From positions 1-51,628 of the forward strand of contig NMRA01001128.1 in the NCBI GenBank assembly GCA_002633005.1: a DNA stretch of 51,628 nt. The letters run 5' to 3'. Shown here in pieces: positions 45,206 through 51,628 of the stretch. The stretch's first letter is position 1. The number at the start of each line of letters is the position of its first letter. This DNA comes from Phoronis australis. Taxonomy: Eukaryota; Animalia; Phoronida. The position numbers and the translations under genes were made by a program. The notes under the pieces were generated by a model. The model saw nothing but the letters and a program-made list of their open reading frames with translations, searched no databases and was not told the origin of the DNA.

Positions 45206-46303
45206 CGACCAACTTTGGGGCTTAATAACTCCAAAATGGGTGCAGGTACGGTCTTTAAATTCGGCGTATGACTTTTGACGGTAAATAAATTTTGATTGGT
45301 TATATAATCATATTCCATATTGCACCGGAAGAGGTCATTTGGTGCAAAGGTAGAAGTCAACATGACAATTTAAAAAATTACTTTTCTAAGCAATCGGGTC
45401 ATCCAATCAGGTGAAATAGGTCAAAGGTGAATAGGTGCAAACTACAATTTTGAGCTAGACACTTCAAATTGACAGGTCTGATTGCCACACGTAAATCAAA
45501 TCGGAATCCAAAGTTTCAGGTCATTTAGTGCAAACATGGGGTCATCAGGTGCATTTTCCTTCTGAAAATTTGACCTTTTCAACCAGCAAGTATTCTGATG
45601 TGTCAACCGTTAGACAACTGTGATTATCAGCGTTAAACATATTTTCCATGGGCGTTGCAATAATTCTCCTAAAGATGCTTAAAATGCACCGGATCAGGTC
45701 AATTAGTGCAAAGGTCATGTAACGTTCAAAATGTTATATGTCATACGTTTTTCAAGGAATTCTTTTCAATTTCATCAGACTGGTGTAAGTCAACATGCCA
45801 ATTGAATACCCCACTTTACTTTGCAATAGGCCTAACCAATCAGAAAAAATAGGTCAAAGGTCATTGAGTGCAAACTAAAATTTTGAGCTAGAGACTTCAG
45901 AATTACGTATCTTTTTACTAAGTGCGATTGAGTTTGAATTCTAAATTTTCAGGCCATTTGGTGCACCCATGGGGTCATTAGGTGCATTTTTCTTCTGAAA
46001 GTTTGACCACTTCATTCATCTTGTATTCTGAACTGCTTGAAGTAAAACATCTGTGATTATTAGCATTAACCACACTTTTAATTGAGTTAACAATTACTCC
46101 CTCATCGGGGCTCATAATGCACCGGAAGAGGTCAATTAGTGGAAAGGTCATCAAAAAATTAATATGTGATTTCTCCTACAATTTTAAAGAATTCCTTTTC
46201 ATATTGGTAAACGGGTTGCTGTCAGTAACTTCCCATAATAATTCCAGTAATACGCACGCGCAGAGTCCGTTATTGTCACGCCGTGACAATAATATTTCTA
46301 GTT
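44895..46303 (+). mobile_element. Non-autonomous Helentron / HINE (DINE-1-like) element
   Basis: 5' TT followed by subTIR ACTCTGCGCGTG with an adjacent inverted repeat, (TTATTC)n microsatellite, and central repeats of about 430 bp. The 3' end has subTIR CACGCGCAGAGT (46255-46266), an 11-bp hairpin (46270-46292) and terminal CTAGTTT. Confidence 0.85.
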
Positions 46304-47511
46304 TGCTGTTTACAATATAACGATTAGCAAATAGCGATTTTTAACTGCTTATCTAGGATAATTATAATTTTAATTCTTTTGTCACATTTTGTATATCTTT
46401 TAAGATAATTATGCAATTTACACATGGGTCTGCTTGTTCAGCGTGTAGAGATCTTTAGAGATATTTTTCTTTTCTTTTCTTAAAAGTAGGCATATCCTAC
46501 CTCCCTTACTTTAATAGGATTATTGCGAGTTTATAACAATAACGCGAGAATATGTGAGACTTAACTGTGACGTCACGGGAAGTGGGGAAAAAGCTTGTCG
46601 TTTGGTCATTTGCCCAATACGGTAGCAGAGTGTATTCTGTTATTGTCTTCGATTTTTTAGCCGTTTAGTTCGAAAAATGTCCAAAAAGCATTGCTGTTAT
46701 GGCAAATGAACTTCAGATTCGCACTACAATACGTTCTATCGCGTTCTGTACTTATTTCGTCCCGTGTATTTTAAACGGGCGGTAGGCGAAATCCACTCAC
46801 TGATAAAGTTTTCATCTCGTCAAAAATACATTCTAAACCTAAAATTACCACCTAAAAGGCTCTTACTTTCTTCAGTGACTCTTTATGCTTCTAACCATAT
46901 CTTCGATGAAGCATATATACGGGAATTCAGGTGACTTTGGCGAAGAATTCCAACTCCACTTTGTGGTTACTGTTAACTTTGTCCGCGCGCGCGATAACCA
47001 CAAACAAGTATTTCAACTGAGTCAGGTGAGTATGAGGCAAAGGCTAGCGCGAGACTGAGAGAAGCGCGAGATTTGGCGCGTGACCTGGTGATTTCACGTA
47101 ACTTCCTCAAAATGGCGGCTAGTGAGAGAAACTAGAGAGAACCGCGAGGTTTTCATGAATATGCTCAAGTTGTTTGTAGACTAAATTGTGTCCAGAGTCA
47201 GGGTATGTGTTAATTATAACTTCATGTGCACATATGCATGTTTCATTTGACTTTATTTGCTGTATTTTGAAGTGAATATCTTTTTATGGGGATACACTAT
47301 CGCCCCTGTATGCCTGTGCCTAGCGCCTTTCAGGCCTAGAGCGGGTTAAGTTCCAATTTCAGTCCGTTCACAGCTTCGCACAACATAACAAGTTCACATT
47401 TTCTTCGTCCATTCACAGTTATTCCACGAACCATCTACCATATCTTAAGTTGTTTTAACGTTTTAAGCGTAAAATTCACCATAAGAACTCCAGTACGTTT
47501 TAGCGTGTGTA

Positions 47512-50109
47512 GCAAACATTCTTGCTCATGATGTTTCTTTTCAATTTACACAGTAATTATCGACATTTCGGTTATACCTCTTATGAGATGCAAAAAAGTA
47601 TTCTATACAAACCAATTTAGTCTAACATAAACAAATTTTAAAGAATATTTCGTAAGAAGGTAGTATGAAAAAATACTGTATTTATCTGCGATATTCTAGA
47701 TTCAAATGGAAGTCTCATGAATTACGATACATTTCAAAGATTTTATGTGTTTTATCCTCCGTTTACCGAATACTTGTGGGCTTAAGAAAGTATCTGCGGG
47801 ACGATTCCTTTAACGTTTGTTTACCTATTAGTAAATTTACAAGGCTCTTTCTACAATTTTATGAGAAAGCAAGTCCAGCAAAAATATATACATTTATCTA
47901 GTTGATAAAGTATATAAGAAACCAAAATTCTAAGCAAAATGGAGATATCACTTAATCTTCGGTGCACGGAAAAGTGGTGGAGGGTTTCCCACACCAATGC
48001 TGTCAATTTTACGTGTGACAAGAAATAAAAATGGTATTCCCCTAACTCATTGAATACTAACTACCAATTCCTTTCTACGTAAAATTGGAGTTATTGGTTC
48101 AGCTTTATGCAGCTTTATGTAAAGGAGAGTCCGAGAATATAGTCCATCTTTATTGGTCGTGTCTAGTAGTAGTATACATGTACGTAGCTTTTGGTTTTCA
48201 CTGACACAATGGATCGATCAAAAAGTAGGTTTGGCTTTAGCTCTTGAATTGTACACGTACAGTTTTGAGCATACGTAATGGCCAAAATACATTGAACGTG
48301 TCATTAACTTTGGCGAAATACCCCATTTATTGACAGAAATTAAAAAAATATGTTTGAAATCTCCGAACGTTCGCAAAAATATATCTTTATAACAAGTGTG
48401 AATTTGTCAAATTCAGAAATAGATGGACCCATGGCTCTTTCATATATGTAAATTGTAATCTTGCCCCTGGAGTGAATGTGTACATGCGTGTATGTCTGGT
48501 TAATAGGTTTACAGTTTTTCTTGTAATGTACTTTGGAATACCTTAAAAAATAATAATCTTACCTTTCTGTCGTGGTGGGTGAACGAATCTCGTGCCACCT
48601 CCCATTTTGCCTGTTCACTACTGTTACCAGAGTTGTAAGGGTGTCGAAAAAGTCTCATAGAAACTTGTTCATTTGCACTTAATAGATAGCCATAACAGGT
48701 GCTCTAAATCAACATTTTTGTCGTAGATATGAGAATTATCGTTTTAAAGTAATTATAATGATAGCTAACGAACTTGTTCACCTGACATTTATTTTACAAT
48801 GATCAAATAGCATACCGTTTGACTTTTTGAGACCAGTGTTGAACAGTATGACTCTTTAAAGCAGAGGTTGACTAAGACGGTGTGTAGGGGTTTCAAATAT
48901 GCTGATATATGACTGAAAGTTTTCAGTCGATGCAAATACGCAGAATTTCTAGACAGGCAAGAGCAGTCCCTGCTATTAAGAGAACGTTTACGTAATGCCC
49001 CTGCCAGTCTTACATGAGAAAATTTGAAAGAACGATATCGAACTCTAGCTACAGATGGTAACATTTAATCAACCCTTTTCTTTAACTGTCCGATTGGTAC
49101 GTTTTCTTGCAATAAATGTTTTGATACTGTACATGTTTTTGACTGAGCTAATAATCTAACAAGATGGTTCCGTCAAAATACGTGTACCTCCCACTGAAAG
49201 TAAGTGCAGTCTAGTAACTACTATAAAAATCCATGGTCGATATTCGTTGGGTATTGTTATAATGAAGCTGTCGGTTCCATCCTGGCTTTATGAGAATCTG
49301 TAGAGCAGGCGTGCCAAAATATAGGAAGAATTACGCTTGACACCCCTCCCCCAAAGCAAAAGTACTAGTTTCGCCCCTGGCAGTGCGCACGACCGACTTC
49401 TGAAATTTGTAACGTACACGAGCTTAATGGAATAATCTGATTTTGTTAATATAATTACTAATCTATATATTTGTGTGTCTTTTGCTTATCTATCATTGGA
49501 TCGCATCGAATGAATAATGTACTTTCTGTTGTAATTCCCTTTGCCGATTTATTTGAGCCCTGTCAGACCATGTCACTTACAAGCTTGTGCATCCTATTAC
49601 GAATAGTCACATCTCGTAGAAATAATGGTTGTCTAATTTACAATATTTGTGTTTCAGCTTCATGAAAAAAACGATTTGATACATTCTGCAGTTATACTGC
49701 GAACGTGCTGTAAGTTTCCGAGGATCAAGATCAGGATAGCGTTCCGTAAACCAAACTTCTTGTAAGAAATGCGAGAACACGCAGACTGCACATCACGCGA
49801 GACAAAGGCGAGTGTTTCGCGAGTACGTTCGAGACCTAACCAGCGTAACCTAGCAGAATGGCTAGCACTGAAGTGATAGGTCGATGAAGTTGAAAAAATG
49901 TTCAGTTATGGGATACAAGCCATGAATTACCGGGCTACAATTAGCTGTTTTGTTTCATAATCGAAAAACATTAGCAGCAAGAGCATGCTAAAATCTTGGG
50001 TCTCCAGTACGTACATGTAGTCGAGTTCCTCATACAATTGGGTGGCGTATTTTGAGAAATTCGCCATCAAATCATGTGGCTTGCAACGAAACGGCACAAA
50101 AGGTTAAGT
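47512..50109 (+). repeat. 2.6-kb direct duplication, copy 2 (LINE 3' part plus flank)
   Basis: Colinear with 29216-31817. Confidence 0.92.
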
Positions 50110-50903
50110 ATCGGCTCGTAGAGGGTCTTTGAAGTCGTTATCTCCTTGTCTAGTTCAAAAACTTGAAAACATATACTAAATGAAGTAATTTGTAACATGA
50201 CGTTATGCTTTCTGCATGTTATCAAACTAAAGCCTTTTTGAGCAGAATTATGTACCTTTATCGCCATATCGTGAAACTGATGCCAACTATCAGCAACTGC
50301 AGTGTGACTACCCGGACGTATGGCCTCAAATTGGCACCGGCTTTACTGGACGCTCATGGCGTTGTTTCAACAAACAAACAAAAACATATTTAAACTCAAC
50401 ACAATGTGCTTCTCATCTGAATTACAATAACACGCACCTGTACTTGATTTTTGCTGTCCAGACACCACAACCGGGGAAGTTTCCCGGGCAGTTGTCATTT
50501 TGTCATTTCGCCAGGAAAATAATCACTTGCTAAATTTACTTTAATTTTTCAATTACTAGACAAATCGTATTTCAAAACGTGACAAAAAATTACAATCGAT
50601 ACATTGTCTAGAAATAAAAACTCTGCGATTGAAAACGCAAAGGGGAGAGTGTTGTGACCTGAATGTCGGCGATGGGAAAAATAATATTGCACATGCTAAA
50701 AATTGTACGACACTTGGCTTACCTCAAAATCCAACTGCTGCCTGGTGGTTTGATAATTGCAGCGCTCTAGCGGTGAAATTAGAGGTAAGTAGGCGCCCAA
50801 AGTCTTGCCCATAGCTTTTAGCTCTGAATTTTAAAAGTCCAGTGAAATCGAAACCTGACTCACAAACATGTAGGCCTACCAATAGGTATTTACTTCCAGT
50901 CTG

Positions 50904-51560
50904 CAGTGGCGGATCTGGGATGTCGCAGAAGGAAGCCCAACCACACATATTCGATTGCAGAGGTCCGCGTGCATTTCACTCTCGGCGAACATTTGTTACT
51001 CAAACACTAACTACACAGACACGATGTTACACAAGCGCTGACGTTTTATTGATGAGCTGAACGCCAAAAACATTAACATGCCTGCGCTTACATATATATT
51101 GCATACACTCCAAATAGGGCTTTCTTGCAAGCAGTTGTTTTTATTTTTCATTTAGTTTTAAAGTTAGAAAAATACCAGGTACTAGTGACTTGTCCAAAGA
51201 TAGAGTTTTTAGTTACGGAATCCCCCACAATTTTTCTTGTCGGCAATCTTGTTCTTCTCCAAGTTACACTGTACATGATCTGAACTGAGAACTATCAGCA
51301 GTTCTGTGTTGTCGAATCCAAGTTTCAGCATAAGGCTGTGGGTCGAACATGGACCATTGACCTTGCCAAGCAGCAAGCTGAAGGTGGTTTTTAATAGCAA
51401 ACAAGAGCTAGAGTCTGTTACAATCCGATTCATTTCGCTGAATCCTCGCTCACATTCAGCTGTACTGCAAGGAAAACGGTCTTATGCAGAGGTCCAGTTG
51501 TCGCACAGCACTTCGTAGGTTGACTAGTATAACCTTCTCCTCCAATGCTAGGAATGGGGC
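50904..51560 (-). mobile_element. 3' end of a decayed hAT transposon (dimerisation domain plus candidate TIR)
   Basis: Minus strand 51472-51209 reads PCSTAECERGFSEMNRIVTDSSSCLLLKTTFSLLLGKVNGP, a hAT C-terminal dimerisation motif (ZNF862-like), with a frameshift just upstream. TIR-like CAGTGGCGGATCTGG at 50904. Confidence 0.75.
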
Positions 51561-51628
51561 TATTCGGAAAATCTACAATCACTAGAGGGCGTGCGTGTAC
51601 TAGTGGTGATAGATTAACAGCCTCGATT

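Noticed and set aside
45043-45363. K/N- and R/I-rich ORF
   Set aside because: It is a translation of the (TTATTC)n microsatellite and repeated HINE heads.

Overview
This is AT-rich, intron-containing animal (probably marine invertebrate) genomic DNA, not prokaryotic. It holds two host genes. The first is the 3' seven coding exons of a PRMT2-type protein arginine methyltransferase (+, 2137-10416; the 5' exons lie left of the window). The second is a two-exon MFSD4/NaGLT1-like MFS transporter (-, 35940-32161, 462 aa). The remainder is a dense, nested transposon landscape. It includes MITEs with 6-bp TSDs, a TA-flanked CCGTA-ended Tc1/mariner-pogo-type element, and a 1.97-kb Ty3/Gypsy element retaining only gag-protease. 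It also includes an L1/Tx1 LINE fossil, a Helentron/HINE with a four-fold repeated head, an IS3EU-like deletion derivative with inverted arrays of TATCGATA palindromes, hAT transposase fossils and a 2.6-kb direct duplication. There are six single-N junctions; five are flanked by short duplicated sequence and look like haplotype overlaps in the assembly. Most entries in the ORF track are spurious. No CRISPR, operon or clearly new multi-gene system is supported; the most interesting signals are unusual transposon architectures. All family assignments come from motif recognition by eye and need database confirmation.
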